From: Sminthopsis crassicaudata
Taxonomy: Eukaryota
Length of the DNA stretch: 64,000 nucleotides
Direction: 5' to 3'
Assembly: GCF_048593235.1 (NCBI RefSeq)
Contig: NC_133619.1
Location: 589,179,963 to 589,243,962, forward strand
Both the position numbers and the translations under genes were made by a program. Positions within the stretch are counted from its first letter, which is position 1; each line of letters opens with the position of its first letter. The notes below the pieces were generated by a model that was given only the letters and a program-made list of their open reading frames with translations, was not told where the DNA came from and did not search any database. Positions 33,000-47,700 of the stretch are shown piece by piece.

Positions 33000-35950
33000 G
33001 TGAGGGGCTGTTTCCCCTCATTTCTTTAATATTTCTTTATTTTTTCAAATTGCTTTTTTCTGTTTCACGCAAAATATTCCTTTTCTGTTTCTTTCACAAA
33101 TAAAATGTTCTCGTATAAAAGGGATAGCACTATAGGCATAGAAAGTAATCTCTCCCTCTCTGTCTCTTTATTTTTTTTCCTGTTTCAGCCATGTATAATC
33201 AAGGTAAATAAAAAATTTCATTTACCATCTCTTAAAAAATGTCACTATCTGTACTTGGAGTCTATTACCTTTTGGTCAGGAGATGGGCAAAATGTATCGT
33301 CATGAGTCCTCAGGAATTGTGATTGGTCATTGTGTTGATCAGAATTTTTGTTTTTAGATTTTTCTTTTTTGCATTAATCACTCAAAATTTGCTTTCCACA
33401 TCTTCCCCACATAACTTTCCCCTTACCCTAGCCCTGTTAAAAACTTTGTATAGCCAATCAAGACAAACAATGGCAATATCCTAGAACATATTTATTTCAT
33501 TCTGTATTGAGTCCTTCACTTATCTCTCAGGAGGTGGGTAGCATATTTCATCATTAATCCTGCAACATTATGGTTGATAATTTTGCTGATAAGAATTCAG
33601 TACAGTAATATTCTACCACATTTATTCACCCATTATCCAATTTATGGGTACCCTTTTTATTCTGATTTTTTGTCACATCAAAAATAACTAAAAATATTTT
33701 TGTACCTTCTTAGAATTTGTTTTGCTTAGGACTAATTTCTTCTTTAATTTAAGAAATTCCATTTCCCCCCCTAATTTCCTCTTCTTCTCCTCTTTACCTC
33801 CTATTTCACTGTTGAATAAAATATATTTCTGTATCCAGCTTTGTGTGTGTATATTTCTTTTTTTGACCAATTCAAATGAGAGAGAGATTCAAGTTTTAGT
33901 CACTATCTCCACCTTGTTTGGAAAAATATCTACTTGTGTACCCTAATTATATGAAATTATTTTCTTTAATCTTTCCCCTCCCCCAGTGTTTTTCTCTTAT
34001 CCATCTTTTCATTCTTTGCTTAAGATCATTAAGACATAATAGAATCACTTTAAGATTTTATCTAATGAGGCTCCCTCTATGAACCCTCCTGATGATAGGG
34101 ATCAGAAGGGACAGGTGTATCATCTCCCCATATTTGAATGTAGTCAGTTTACTCTTCTTTGGTCTTTTTTCATTGTTCATTTACATTTACCTTTGTCTTC
34201 ACTCCTCTGTTTGTACTTCAAAGTTTCTATACAGCCTCTGTATAGAATGTTTATATTTCATTAAAAGTCTATTTTACCTTGCACTTCTCTCCTCTTTCCT
34301 CATCTTCTTCTTGAATTATACTCAGTTTTTCTGGGTGAATTTTCTTGTCTATAAACCCACGTACTCTGCCTTATGAGATATTATATTAACAATTCTTTGC
34401 TCTTTTATAAAGGCCACTAAATCACATGTGATTGTGATTGTGACTCCTTGGGTACTTGAATTATTTTTTTTCTGGCTGTTTGCAGTATTTTTCCTTTGTC
34501 CTGGAAACTCTAGATTTTGGTTATGATGTTTCTGGGAGTTTTCATTTGAGGGGTTCTTTTAGGAGATGACTAGTTGGTTATTCTACCTCTTCCTTCTTCC
34601 TTCTTCCTTACTGTCCTCACATCACCTTTTGGTTCTAAGAAATCCGGTTTATTTTCTTTTAAGGTTCTTTAAGTAGGATGTGTAGGCTATTTTCTTTTTC
34701 TTTTTTTGGTCATGACATTTAGATAATCCAATGATTCTTCATTTCTTCCTTGATTTCCAGATCAGTTATTTTTCCTATAATGTACTTTATATTTTCTTAA
34801 ACTTTTTTTTCAGTCTTTTAATTTTGTTCTCAGTATTTCTTGTTGCCTCATGGAGTTATTGGCCTCTGTTTGGTCCATTTAAATTTTCATTTCAAACAGA
34901 AGAGTTTGTTGCTTGGGCAAGATTTTGTATCACTTGTGTCAAACTCTTCATTCCCTTTCCTATTGTTTCTTCCATAGCTCTCCTTTCTGTTCCAATTTTT
35001 CCCTCCGGTACTTATTCTATTTAGAAAAAAGATTTTTAAAATATTTTTTTAGATTCTTGCTTTATCTCTTTTAGGAATTATAGTTGAATTTGTGACCAAT
35101 CTGTGTTTTCCTCTGAGGCTTTGCTTGTAGATGTTTTGGAGTCATTCTCTTATGTTTGTGTTTTGAATGTCAATGTCGTAGCTCTTTATCACATTCTCAT
35201 TATGATGGGATTCTTTTATTATTTGCTTATTCTTCTAGGCAACTTTGTCACTTCAGGCTTGATGTTAGGACTGGATTCTGTGGCAGTTTAGAAGGGAAGA
35301 TCTGGGTTGGTTCTTTTGAAGTTTTCTTGGGATTTTGAGTGATGTGTTATTCCAGAATCTCAGGAACAGTCTTGGACCTGCAAGGTATTAAAGTTCCCAA
35401 AGGGCAAAGTCTGATTGTTGCCCTGCTGGTCTGAACTCTGAGAATTCCTGACCTGGGTTTGGTTCTGAGTGAGAGTAAATGCTGCAGGATTCCACATTGA
35501 TTATCAATTGGAACACTCTCTTGGTTTGGAATGGCAGAATTGTATGTTCTACTTTGATTGGTTTTTGTTCTGCAGGCTATACTAGGTACTGGAGACTCTG
35601 CTCTCCACCTGATATATGAGCCATTTTGTCTGCAGCTGCTGTCTTCCAAACTTGATACCTTATCTGTACATCAACCAGGGTTACCTTTCTAGGGAAAGTC
35701 ATTACCCTGCCTATGTGGGTCTCCTTATTCCACACTGGAAATCTGAGCTAGAACTGGACAGTGGCTACATGGAATGCTCCAAGCAATGTGCTTCTGACTC
35801 TCTACCCATTTCCAATGTCCAAAGACCTCCCTACCCGTCTCCCTATGACAAATTGGACATGGCAATATGACTTGGAGTATATTTTCATGTCAGGGTTCAA
35901 TCTGATGCATTTTTAGGTATGTTAGGAAAAGAGAATAACTTACCACCTTA
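33000..35950 (-). mobile_element. Old marsupial L1 (ORF1 and 5' region), degraded
   Basis: Long T-rich tract with L1 ORF1-region motifs in antisense; boundaries approximate. Confidence 0.55.
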
Positions 35951-36444
35951 TTTCCTTTCATCTTAGCTTTTCCCAGGTCTCTAGAAAAATCTGGAAAACT
36001 TTCACTTGGGAAGATTCACCTGGGCTTCATAGAGGAGATGGACCTTAGCTGAATCTTGAAGGAAGAGAAAGATAGATAGGTAGGGGTTGAGGAAGGAATG
36101 CATTATAGAAATAGGGAATGGACTCTATATGTATTGAATCAAACATAGTGGGTAGAGACCCAGGGGCCTCAATAGAAATAGAACTGTTCACACAAGAGGC
36201 AGATATGGATGGGGGACATCCTCTTTGGGTGGGGAGCTGAATGGGGAGATCCAGGAGAGGGTTGAATTAGATTTATAGCTAGAGGTAATGAGATCATAAA
36301 TTTAGAGCTTGAAGGATGTTGGAGATACCCTGATACAACTACCTCATTTTGCAGATGTGAAATCTGAAATTCAATGATTCATCCTGGGTTCTTAGATTCC
36401 ATCATATTGTAAGCTCCTTGAGGACAAGTGCTTTTTTAAACCTT

Positions 36445-36475
<31 letters not shown>

Positions 36476-37667
36476 GGGGAGGAAAAAGGAAAGAGGAGGA
36501 TCCCCAGCAAGCACAATATCTGGAATATTAGGCATTTATTTAATAAATACTTATTGATTGAATGATAGATTTGAACATGTGTCTCCTTATCCCAGATCCA
36601 ATATTCTTTGTTTTATTATATTCTGAGGTTGGAATTTAGGGAGGAGATTGGGACTATAACTGGTGATTAAAGAGTCATTTGGACAGAAGCCACAGGAAAT
36701 TATTCTTTCCAGGGCCCATATTCTTGAGTCTAATCCTTTTGGTATTAGTTAATAATTAAATTCATTGGGACAGTGCCTACACATAATGCTGCCTCCAGAT
36801 GCCATTCAGGACAGCATGACAAATAAGACCAAGACCTAAATTCTGGCCTCTTTTTTGTCAGTAGCCATGTAGATCTTTTTAGATCTCAGTTTTCCTTTTT
36901 ATGAAATGAGTTGTGGTTTGTTGGACTAGATGATTTCTGGATTCTGATTCTGATTCATGATTTTGAATACCTCTCCAAATCACACTCAATATTTGAGGTA
37001 CAACTCAAGTGACATGTCTTGTAGAAAAACCAGCATCCCAGTTTCTCTTATCTGAATTTCTCTCACCATGGGCCATGGAATATAGCATTCATTCACATTT
37101 CAGGATTAGACTGTTGATTGTTTCATATGTGGACATGTCATGAATGTCTATAGAGGCTCTTGGGAGCCATGTTTTATAAATTTGTTTCCTTTAAGGGGTC
37201 ATTCTGCACAGAGCTAAATGATTAGGGCATTTGTGAGTTAGATTATGTGTTCAAATTGTTGCTTGTGTGGTCCAAGTTAATTCTTCTGGTCCTTAGGTCC
37301 CTCATGAGGGGATTCTCCCTTCTTAGGTGGTCTCCAGGAAAACTTTTAGCTCTAAATATGGGATCTTGTTATAATAGTGGCTTCCATTTCTACAGTATGG
37401 TAAAATTTCTAACACCTTACTAGCAGCCATGAATATTATTTATTCCATTTTACAAATGGGTCAATTAAGGCTCAGAGAAAGAGACTTGTGCAAGACTATA
37501 CAGAAAGTAAATAAAAGAGTTGGGATGGGAACTCAGCTTGAATGTCAGGCCATACTAAAAGTAAATAAAATAATTAAGATGGGAACTCAGGTTGCCTGGA
37601 TCTAGGTTGAGTGCTCATATACTCATGGTGCATTTGAGATAGAAGGTACTTTAAAGATTGGCTAGTT

Positions 37668-37874
37668 CAGAGACTCTTAATATGGCATTCATGGATGCCC
37701 AAGGGGATTTCAGGGAGTCCATGAGCTTGGGTGAACCAAAGATTACATATGTTTTCATTAATCTATATCTGAAACTGAACATTTTCTTCAATTATTTTGA
37801 AACTGTTATTCTTAGAAGTTTACCATACTGCCAGAGAATTCTGTGACACACACAAAAAAGATTAAGAACGCCTG
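37668..37874. mobile_element. Old hAT-Charlie-type MITE (related copy at about 31586-31800)
   Basis: Degenerate TIRs CAGAGACTCTTAA and TTAAGAACGCCTG. Confidence 0.5.
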
Positions 37875-38204
37875 ATTTAATCCAATTCCCTCATTTTCCA
37901 GAGGAAAAGGTCATAAAAGATAGCATGTGTAAGGACAAAAATGAGGGATTTGGAATCAGAGGAAAAAGATTTGGATTAGAATTCTCATTGTTACTTATTA
38001 CTTATGTAACCTTGGGGTCCCTTCTGAGGTCCCTTTCAGTTCCAAATGTGGCTCTTATGAAGTTTAGAAAAAGAAAAATGATTTAGTTAAGGTCACCTAA
38101 TGAGTTAGTGGCAGAATCTGGATGGAATTGAGATCTTCTATTTTCACCACTCTTTCTATAATATTATGTCACATGTCTTAGATAAGACTTGTTCATCAAT
38201 AATG

Positions 38205-38210
38205 TTTATT
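38205..38210 (-). terminator. Candidate CSF3R polyadenylation signal
   Basis: An AATAAA on the minus strand about 550 nt after the stop codon. Confidence 0.45.
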
Positions 38211-38758
38211 CTCTTCTGCCCTCCCCTGCTCCTCTTTCCCCTTCACCCTTGGGGATGACAGCAAGGACAGAGAGTCCAGACACACCTTAGAATCTGAAAG
38301 AATCAGTTTAAAATATTGTCCATTTGGAAGACATATGGAAGGTACAAAAAGGGATAAGGGAAAGATTCTTTGCTTTTAGGAAATATACACAGTCCTTTCT
38401 TGTCAGGATATGAATCTGTAGTACAGACATGATGTAGATAAAGAAATCTGTAGGTAGAACAGTCAGGGCCAGGCCACTCTGGGGCAAGGAATATCTTTTT
38501 GGACAAGGGGAGGAGACTGGAGAATAGGACATTCATTTTGGAAATAGCTGGGTTCTAGGTACTTTTAGTGATTCTTCCCCAGTTCCCCCACTGTACAGAA
38601 AAGGCCCTCACTATACTCAACTGGAGAAGTCCTAAGCTATCTTCCCCTTTAGGGCAACCAAAATTTCCTGTCTAGTCTTGAGAACAATGGGAAACAATGA
38701 GAACAATTGCCCTGTACCATCCTACAGCATGGAAGTAGGTGGGAGTCCATAAGAGATT

Positions 38759-41700
38759 CTAAATGCCACTCAGTTCTTCAGCTCCTTCAATTTTCAGACC
38801 TTGCAGAAGGGGAAAATCGAGGAGTGGTCCTTGTGGGCAGTGAGAAAGGAAGGCAGAATCATCACTGTCTTCTTCTGGGAAGCCATGAGAGCTGGGAACC
38901 CTAGATCCAGGGGGACTTCTCTGGAACCACATGTTCTCATAGAGTTTGGGACTTGGGGTGAGGTCAGCCAGAAGGGGCTGTGTGGAATCCGAGCGCAGGT
39001 AGAGCCCAGCAGGTGATCTGTGCTGATGCTGGTACCCTTGGTTTCCCATCACCTTCCCATACTGGATGGGGTCATTGGAGCTGAGATGGGGCTCTGGCAG
39101 GAAGGGATCCCCTTGGAGAATGTAAGCCTGGACCAGCTGGGGGAGATTCTTGACTTCTTCATCTGTCCCCATTGTTTGTGCTGGCAACTTCTTCTCCTCC
39201 TCCTTCAGGACTATGATCTTGGAGACAGGGGACATGGCAGGGTCCCTCAGGCTTGACAGATGAATTGTCTCCTGGGAAGGATGGGAGTATTAAAGTGATT
39301 GGAGGGGGATATCCAGAACATTTCTTCTCTTGGGGGCCAAATGTGGGTTTTGGTTGCCCAGTGTTAGGAGTTGGGAAGGGACTACTTACCTTACGAGAGG
39401 AAAAGGTATATAGGGAGGCGAGGGAGATGTAGTTGGATCATGGGAATCATGTGTCCATCTCTCCCCCGGTCTGTTTTCCCTCAGGCTCCTCGTGCCTTTG
39501 TCCCAATCTAAGCCCTCCCTCCAGCCTATATCTTACCCCATGAAGGATTGTGGGGATCCACTGGCCCAAACTGCTGTGGGCTGGGTCTGGGATATTTGGC
39601 CAGAATTGATTCTTCATCCTGGAAAAGTTGAAGTGAGCACAGGCATTGTGGATCCCTGCTTCAGTGTCAAGCTTTCCCATCTCCTAATTTATCCTGTGTT
39701 CCTGTGATTTCTTTTTGGTAAGGCCATCTTGGCCTCTGAAAGCCTAAGCTTTATTTCAAGGTCTAGGGAAGGGAGAATCCTTCATTCTCTTGTAAGGAAG
39801 AAAGAAGATTGAGAACAACTGAATCTTGTTTACTAAGACCCTGAAGTCCCATTATAGACTCTGTAGGCTGTCTCTCCTTACTTCAATATACTGGAGAAAA
39901 GCCTTCAATCTGAAGCCAGGGAGAATCTCAATTCTAAAATGAGGATTCCAAAGTCTCTTCTCTAAGGTACATATTTCCTGGATCCCATGATTTTATTTTA
40001 GGGGAGGCAATAGGCTTAGAAGGAATTCAAGTTAGATGTGAGAAAGAATTGTCCAGTTGGAGGACAATGGATGGAAGGAAGGAAACAAGGGTTATGATGA
40101 CAGATGCCGAGGCTGCTGAGTTACATCTTGAGCCATTGAGCTGTGTCCTCCCCTCTCAGCATCCCTTCTCCATCCCTATCCCACCAGCCCCAGGTTCTCA
40201 ACTCACTTGTGGTTCTTATGGAGGCAGACAAGTGTAATAATAACACAGAACACCAACACAGAGAAGCCACTCAGGATCAAGAACACATTGATATCTTTCT
40301 CCTCTGTGGGGAAGGGTTAATTAACACCAAAGAAGAAAAGATTAGATCCCTGAGCACAGAAACATTTCTAAATCCCCAAATATGGTACCGTGACTTTCCC
40401 TCTTGGACTAGGTCTTCCTGGAGGTAGGGCCATATTTCCCTTTTTCAGACCGGAATTTCTCTTAGGATAAGATGTATCTTTCCTCTGGATATGTCTTTAG
40501 GACAGGAATTTGGTCCTGCTAGGACATATGAGTCTATGGCATTGGAATGTGAACTCCTTGCATATAGGGATCACCTCTTTCTTTGTGACTTGTATTCTCT
40601 GCATCTTACACCATGCTTGGGCCACAGTAGGCACTTGACTTATGGATGTCAGCTGGTTGGCTCTGGCCACCCCCATGGAGAGTGTCTTTACCAAGGGCTA
40701 TGGTCACCACTGTGAGGTCTGTGCTGTTAATGCCTCCGACTCGGTTAGAAGCCATGAGATGGACATGGTACATGGTGCTGGGTTCTAGGCCACGGAGGAT
40801 GCATCTTCGAGAAGAACCATTTAAGTTGACAGCTATAAAATGGTAGTGAAGACAAATGAGAAAGACAGAGTGCCTGGATTAGTACCCTGGGGGCTCTGGT
40901 TTCTCCACATGTGGCTTTTGACCTCTAGGACTCTGGTCCCTGACCCTGGAATCTGAGAAAACATATTTTCTGAGTGGGTGGGTAGGGGGTCAGGGAATAG
41001 TACTTAAAGAATCCTGGTTCTGGACATTGATCCAGAAGTGGTTGAGAAGGACATGTGTGGTCTGTATGGGAGACCCCTGGAAGGAGATAGCCTGAGAATA
41101 TCAGGTATGTATCCTGGGATCCTTGAGTTAGAGGAGAACAGGCAAAATCCCTTGATTTGGGAATAGTTCAAAGGATAGTGTATTAGGTGTGGGAGATCTG
41201 GAGTGTGTGATGGGGATGTCAGGGATCTCTCTAAAAGAATACTGAGCATATGTTCCTTGGGTCTTACATGACTTGGGGGTAGGGATCAGAGAGGGGCAGG
41301 GGCAGCACTCACAGAATCCCTTATCCTGAATATTGGTCCAGAAGACAGTGTATTGGGTGATGGGGCTTTTCCCCAGCTCTGGGGTCCCAGGCTCCCATTC
41401 CAGTTCTGCCCAGGTCCTTCCAATATGCTTCAGCTTTAGCTTTGGAGCATGGAATAGAGCTGTGGAATGAGAAGGAGGATTCTATGGAGGCTGAATGGAT
41501 TTTGATCACCTCCTCACCAGAAAGGTCTAGCTCCTGGGATAGGGTTGGGGGAAAGATGGAGAAGGGAGCTCAATGCCTGTTCCCAGGCCCTGGCAGCTGG
41601 TTGTCACACATATGTGTTAGAAGTAGGGCGCAGATTCAGACAGAGGGAGAATCCCTGAGGCCATTGTGACCTTGTCTCTGAGTACTGCTGTCTTTTGCTC

Positions 41701-44700
41701 CAGCTTTCTTTCTATATCCTTCAGTTCCCTCCATTCCCCCTTCCACAGGGGGATGACACAAGGAAATGCCAAGGGGAGAGAAGGGAAACTTATTTTAGGG
41801 CTAAGGGCCTTGGCTACCTACATAATTTCTCTGCTGGACTTTTACAAGCCTAATGCCTGAAATCAAAGCAGGGGGATTGCCTAATTGGGCACTCACACTA
41901 GTGTTCTCTGCACTAATGGGTAGGGCTGGAATAGAACAAATGTGTCCAGAGCATGAGGAAGCGGGGTGGGATAAGAGTTTGGGAATGAGAGAAAGTTGTT
42001 GGCAAACCCTTTTCTCGGGAGTAGGCATAGATGTGCTGGGGACGCCCTCTGGTGCCATCGTATAGGGGGGACACAATGATCTTGTACAGCTGAAAAGGCA
42101 TGATGTTCTCTGCAAAGAAAGAGCAGTGAGGGCTAAGTCTTGAAAGGGGAAGGGGCTACCCACTGTATTTTCTCTCTGCAATCACTGACACCAGCTAAGG
42201 GAGAAGTACACAAATGATGGTAGGGACTGTTGGAATACAGCTAAAGTAGGAGGGCTGAGGAAGCATATCAGGAAGAACTTTCTATCTCTGAATGTGGGGA
42301 ATGGAAGAACAACAGGTAATCTGAGAAAACCTAGAAATTCTTATTCCCCATAGGAAAAGAACAGACACCACAACAATAACTAACATTTATATAGTGTTTT
42401 AAGGATTGCAAAGTTCTTTACAAAAATTATTTTATGCTCCTGACAACCCTGAGAGGCAGGTGGCGTTATTGTGCTCATTTTACAGGTGGGGAAACTGAGG
42501 TTGAGAGCAATTGAGTGGCTTGTCCAGGGTTGCACAACTACTAAGTGTCAGGGGCTTTCTTATTCAAAGTCTATCATGAAGAACCCCCCTCCCCCCCATA
42601 TAGGTTGGGACAAGAGCTGCTTTGCCTTGAAGCAGGAGAATGGATGGGATAATGAAGTGGAAGGACCACATATGTATATTTTAAGGGATCTATCATCAGT
42701 AAAAAGAACCCCAGTTCCCTGCTAGGCTCTGAGCCCTCACCATCCAGCAGGGTCCCAGTGCTGCTCCCATTGGACTCGATCTTCCAGTAGCCGTTACAGT
42801 CATCCTCTTGGTGAACTGGGGCCAGGCACCATTCTATCACATAGGCCCTGGGGAGAGGCTGGCCTGGAGGGTGATCCCATCCTACCCAGAGGCTGTGAGC
42901 ATCTGGGGCAGAAGTGTGGATGCTGGACAGAGAGGTACCTATAGATGTGGATATGGTAAGGAATCTACTTTGTGGAGAGGAAAGAATCCTGGCTCTGGAC
43001 AGTGGTCCAGAACTGGTTGAGAAGGACATGTGTGGTCTATATGGGAGATCCCTGGAAGGAGACAGCCTGAGAATACCAGGTATGTGTCCTGGGGCACATC
43101 CCACTCCACCTATCCTTCCCATCCCCACTTCACTCTCAATGAACGCAATAACTAATGGTTGATCCCAGACCTTCAGCCTCAGATGGATTTGGCTTTAGCT
43201 AACCCCAGGCTCTATGAAGAGACTTATACATTCTCTTCATCTCCCTCCTTATCTCTGAAGACCTGGAGGGAGGTGGTGCTGTAAACACCAAATAGTGTGT
43301 CTGCTCTCTCAGGAGGAATCTTATCCTTACCTTGGGATTCCCAGAAAATGATGGTGGTAGGGGAAGATTCTCCAGCTATGTTATAGGCAGTGAGGGTGAC
43401 TTCTTTAGCCCACTCTGGCAACTGGAAGGCACAGCTGAACTCTGTGGTGTTGCAGAGGGGTTGGGACTCCCCATCTTCTCTTAGAGGACTTGGGAAGACC
43501 AGATAGCCTTGGATTCTGTTGTCATTTTCCTCTGTGAGCACTGGCTGCATAGACACACAAAAGGGTATGGTCTCTTCAAGGAATCCCTGCACTTGGAGTT
43601 AGGAGAGTTTTGGGTTTAAATTCTGCCTTAGAAGTTAGATTGTATTCTGGGCAAATTACCAAATTTTTCTGAGCCTCAGTTTTTCTTATTTGTAAAATGG
43701 GGATAATAATGCCAGTAAAAAAAAAATTCATAGCTATTGGGGGGCTCAGAAGAGAGCAGCATTTCAGAATTAGAATGTAACTTAGAGGCAACATAGAACA
43801 ACTTATATCTGACCAGAAATCTCCTCGACAACATAACAGACAAGTGTTCATTCATCTAGTTGTGGCTTAAGAACTTCCAAGAAAGGGGGCTCCACTATTT
43901 TCAGGCATCTAGGTGGTGCAGTGGATAGAGTCCTGAGCCTAAAATCAGGAAGACCAGAGTTCAAATCTAGCCTCAACTTTTAATAGCTATTTCTCTTAAC
44001 CTCTGCTTGCCTCCATTTCCATATCTGTAAAATGTAAAATGTATGTATCTACCAGTGTTGGAATCAAATGAGATAACAATTGTAAAAAGCATGGTACAGT
44101 GCTTGGCATTTAATAAGTGCTATATAAATACTAAGTATTATTATTATTATTGTTGTTATTATTATTCCTTAATTGGCCCATTCCACGTTATGTGCAGGAC
44201 ATTTTCCCCCAACATCAAACCTAAATTTGTTTCTTTGAACTTAGACCCAATGCTTTTGATTTTGTCTTCTGGGAAACTGTAACATCCTCTTCCACATGGA
44301 ATCCTTAAAATATTTGAAGATTGCTAGCATCCTTCCTAATTCTCCTCTTCTCCAAGATTGGTACTTCTAGTTGCTTCAACTGATTTTTATAGAGTATGAC
44401 AATGAGGCTATTCGTCCCCTTGGTAACCTTCTTCTGGACACACTGTTATTATTATTATTATTTTTTTCTGTTTTAAAAGAAGCTGCCCAGAAATGAACAG
44501 TTATCCAGATGTGGTCTGACCAGGGCAGAGTGCTATGGTACTATCACTTCTTAGCCTTAGACTGTATTCTTTTCATGCACTTAAACTTGAGTTTAGCTTT
44601 TTTTGGTTGCCACATTGCCCTCTTAACTTATCTTTTTTTGGACAAAACATTATCTGTTCATGTTCTTTTCATCTTGAACTTTTGAAGAGGAATTTTTGAA

Positions 44701-47700
44701 TCCAAATATAAGATAATGGCCATAAGGCATATTGTAAAACTGAAGTTGAGCAATGAGGTGACACAGTATATGGAGTCAGGAGGTTCTGTGTTCAAACTTG
44801 GCCTCAGACACTTTCTGGCTTGATCCTCAGTTTCCTCATCTGTAAGAATAACCCATCTCCCAGGATTGTTATAAGGAGGAAATGGTCATATTTGTAAAAT
44901 GCTTTGCACTGTAGAAATGGTAGCTAACAAATTATTATAATGCTATAAATATCGACTATGACTATTACATTTTTACCTCCAAAGCATACATCCTCTCTTC
45001 AACCTTCCTGACATTTCCAGCCTTCTTTTCAGTGATAGGTAGTTCATCACTTCCAGAGGCAGCTGATTCCCTTTGTGATAAGCTGAATGGGATTCCCTGG
45101 ATCACAGAAACTAAGAGTCCTGAGCTGGGAGTTGACCATGCTTTCATGACTAGGATCTTTCCTATTCCCCAACTTCTGAGATATATGATTGAGGAAAATG
45201 ATAGTGAGAGGGTTGAAAGTAATAAGGAGCATAAATAACATTTGAACCAGGAGTCATAGCTCTAGTTCTATTTTTGCCTGTAGCTTAGCCAAGATGACCC
45301 TGGAAAGGTTTCTCTCTCTATTGTATGGATTTGCATTTTTGTAAAGTGATAAGAGTTGGACTGTATAGTCTCTAGAAATCTTTATATTCTGTGTGTTTAG
45401 TTAACAATACATATCTATTGAATGACTGGCATTATCTAAAAGGAGGACATAAATATTCCACCTAAAACCTATGTAGAATTGAGGGCCTGTCTATCTCTCA
45501 CATATTCCCAACTTCTTGGTGTTACTTCTCTAAGCTTAGAAAGGGAATGAGCTTCCTAGAGCAGGGACTAAAGAGAATCACTTCTGGTAAAGAGAGTTAC
45601 CTTCCAGAGAAGTTGGATGTCCATCATTGTATGGTTTAGTTTCTGCACTCGTTGCCTCCACCACACATCAAATCTGACTCTGGGACCTGGGAAATAGAAT
45701 AGAGTCATGGCTGACTATGGGGAATGGGAGGAGGTGAAAGAATACCAGAAGTAGTCTCTACTAACAATTTCCATCAACATCTTTGGCCACTTACGCCTTT
45801 CCTTGGTAGTGAGTTCCAGGCTGGGGCTCCAGTCACTCCAGTGACCACCCATGGGCCAACGGATACACCGCATTTGCAGGACATAGCGAGTGACCGAGAG
45901 GAGACCACAGAGGTCATTTTCTCCCTCATGTTGGTGACTTGAATTTAAAAAGGGTGACACCTGTGAGAAAGTGGTCAGAAACCATGTCAAGCAAACCCTG
46001 AGCCCTGGATCTGGGCCCATAAAGGAGGAGAAATCTGAGTGCTTAGAGAACCAGAATGGATAGATACATAAAGGAAGAAGGCATTATGGTAAGGATGAGG
46101 GCTCATTATGGTGAGGGGAATGCAAAGGATCAAGATGGGGATGTATGCTGAGTGAGAGGAACAGGGACTCTAAATAAGGGGAGTGAGTGTTCAGTGAGGA
46201 GGAGAGCTTCGCTAGGGGACTCAGAGACAGGGACAAGGTTCCCAGGTTCCATGAAGACACTGAGGGAGGGTTCCTTGAAGGGGATGCAGGCTTTCTCCCT
46301 CAAGCACAGAGTGCACTGCTTTGAGAGGGAAGTGAGAACCTTACCAGGACCCAGGTCAGCTCCCCAGGACGCTGGTACTGAAGCTCACACATTTGCTCCA
46401 TATGTTTGCTCATCCTGGCCTTCTCCCACTTTAGCCGGAGGCATCCAGGCTGGTGAAAGGAGGAGTCTGGGTCTGGGCTGGCCTTAGCAGCTTGGAGTAT
46501 TGGGGGGTCTAGTTTTACTGTAACAAAGAAATCAGTTATTACCCCTTTCCTCCATATTTCTCTTGTGATCCTTCCTTTGTGTTTCCTGCTTTATCATCTA
46601 TTTCTCTGTTCTTGCCAGAAGGCATCTAGGCTAGAGCACTACACCTAGAGCCAGAGAGATCTGAGTTGGAATCTGGCCTCAGAAACTTACTAGTCGTGTG
46701 ATCTCAGGCAAATTGTTTCACCTCTCTCTGCCTTAGCTTCCACAATTTTAAAATAGGGATAACAGCATTAACTTCTCAGGTTTGTTGTGGGGATCAATTA
46801 GGAGAATAATTATAAGTTATCTAATTTAAATTAAATTATAAATATATAGTAGGCACTTGATAAATGCTTGTATGCTTCCTTTTTTTTTTCTTTCTTTTAG
46901 AAACAAATAATTGGTATGTATCTTATGCATTTTCCTGAATCCCTGTCTCTGCTCCTTATCATTCCCTATGCCTGAAATCCCTTCCTCCTCTCACTTTTCA
47001 GGTTCACTTTCTATCCACCCTTCAAAGACCAACTCAAATGCAACTGCTCCAGGAAGTTTTCCTTGATACCAAATCTCAAAAGCAATTCCTCCTCAGACTT
47101 CATAGAAAACTTTGTTTGTACCTCTCTAATGTTTTCATGGCATGGAATGTGACAATATCCATGCTTATGTTTTATCATCTCACTAACACTTGTATCAGCC
47201 TGCTGTGTGGAACACCAGATATAAAATTTCATCACCTGTCACCATCTTTTAATTTCTGATTGGATCTCTGTTTCTCTGTTTCTTGTTTCTGTGTCTTCAT
47301 GTTCTTGCTTCTGTTTTTGAGCCTAGTTAGATGGACTCCTCTTGTCCATATTACTCACCCTCATCCATGGGGTTGATACACAAGTGTGAAGACTCAGCTT
47401 CTCCGAGCACATTCTCTGCCTTCACCCAAATGTCTACCTTCTGGTACAAGAGAAACTGGTTTCGGGGGATGGAGCACTGGCTCTCACCATCTTTGGAGAC
47501 ACAGTCTTGGATGGGTTCTTTCCTAGACTGGCAGGTATCTTTGCTCCTAGAGCTTAATAAGAGGAGTTTATGTTGGAGCTAGTTGTCCACACGTCCTTCT
47601 CCAAAACTCTATCCCTTCACCCAGCCTCTCATCTAAGTTTCATCCATCTCAATGAGCCTTTACCTGTTTCACTGAGACTCTCTCCCACTCACTTATCTCT

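Noticed and set aside
41006-41118. The 113-bp duplicate as a conserved antisense coding exon
   Set aside because: In the shared open frame the two copies differ by 7 nonsynonymous and 2 synonymous changes, which shows no coding constraint.
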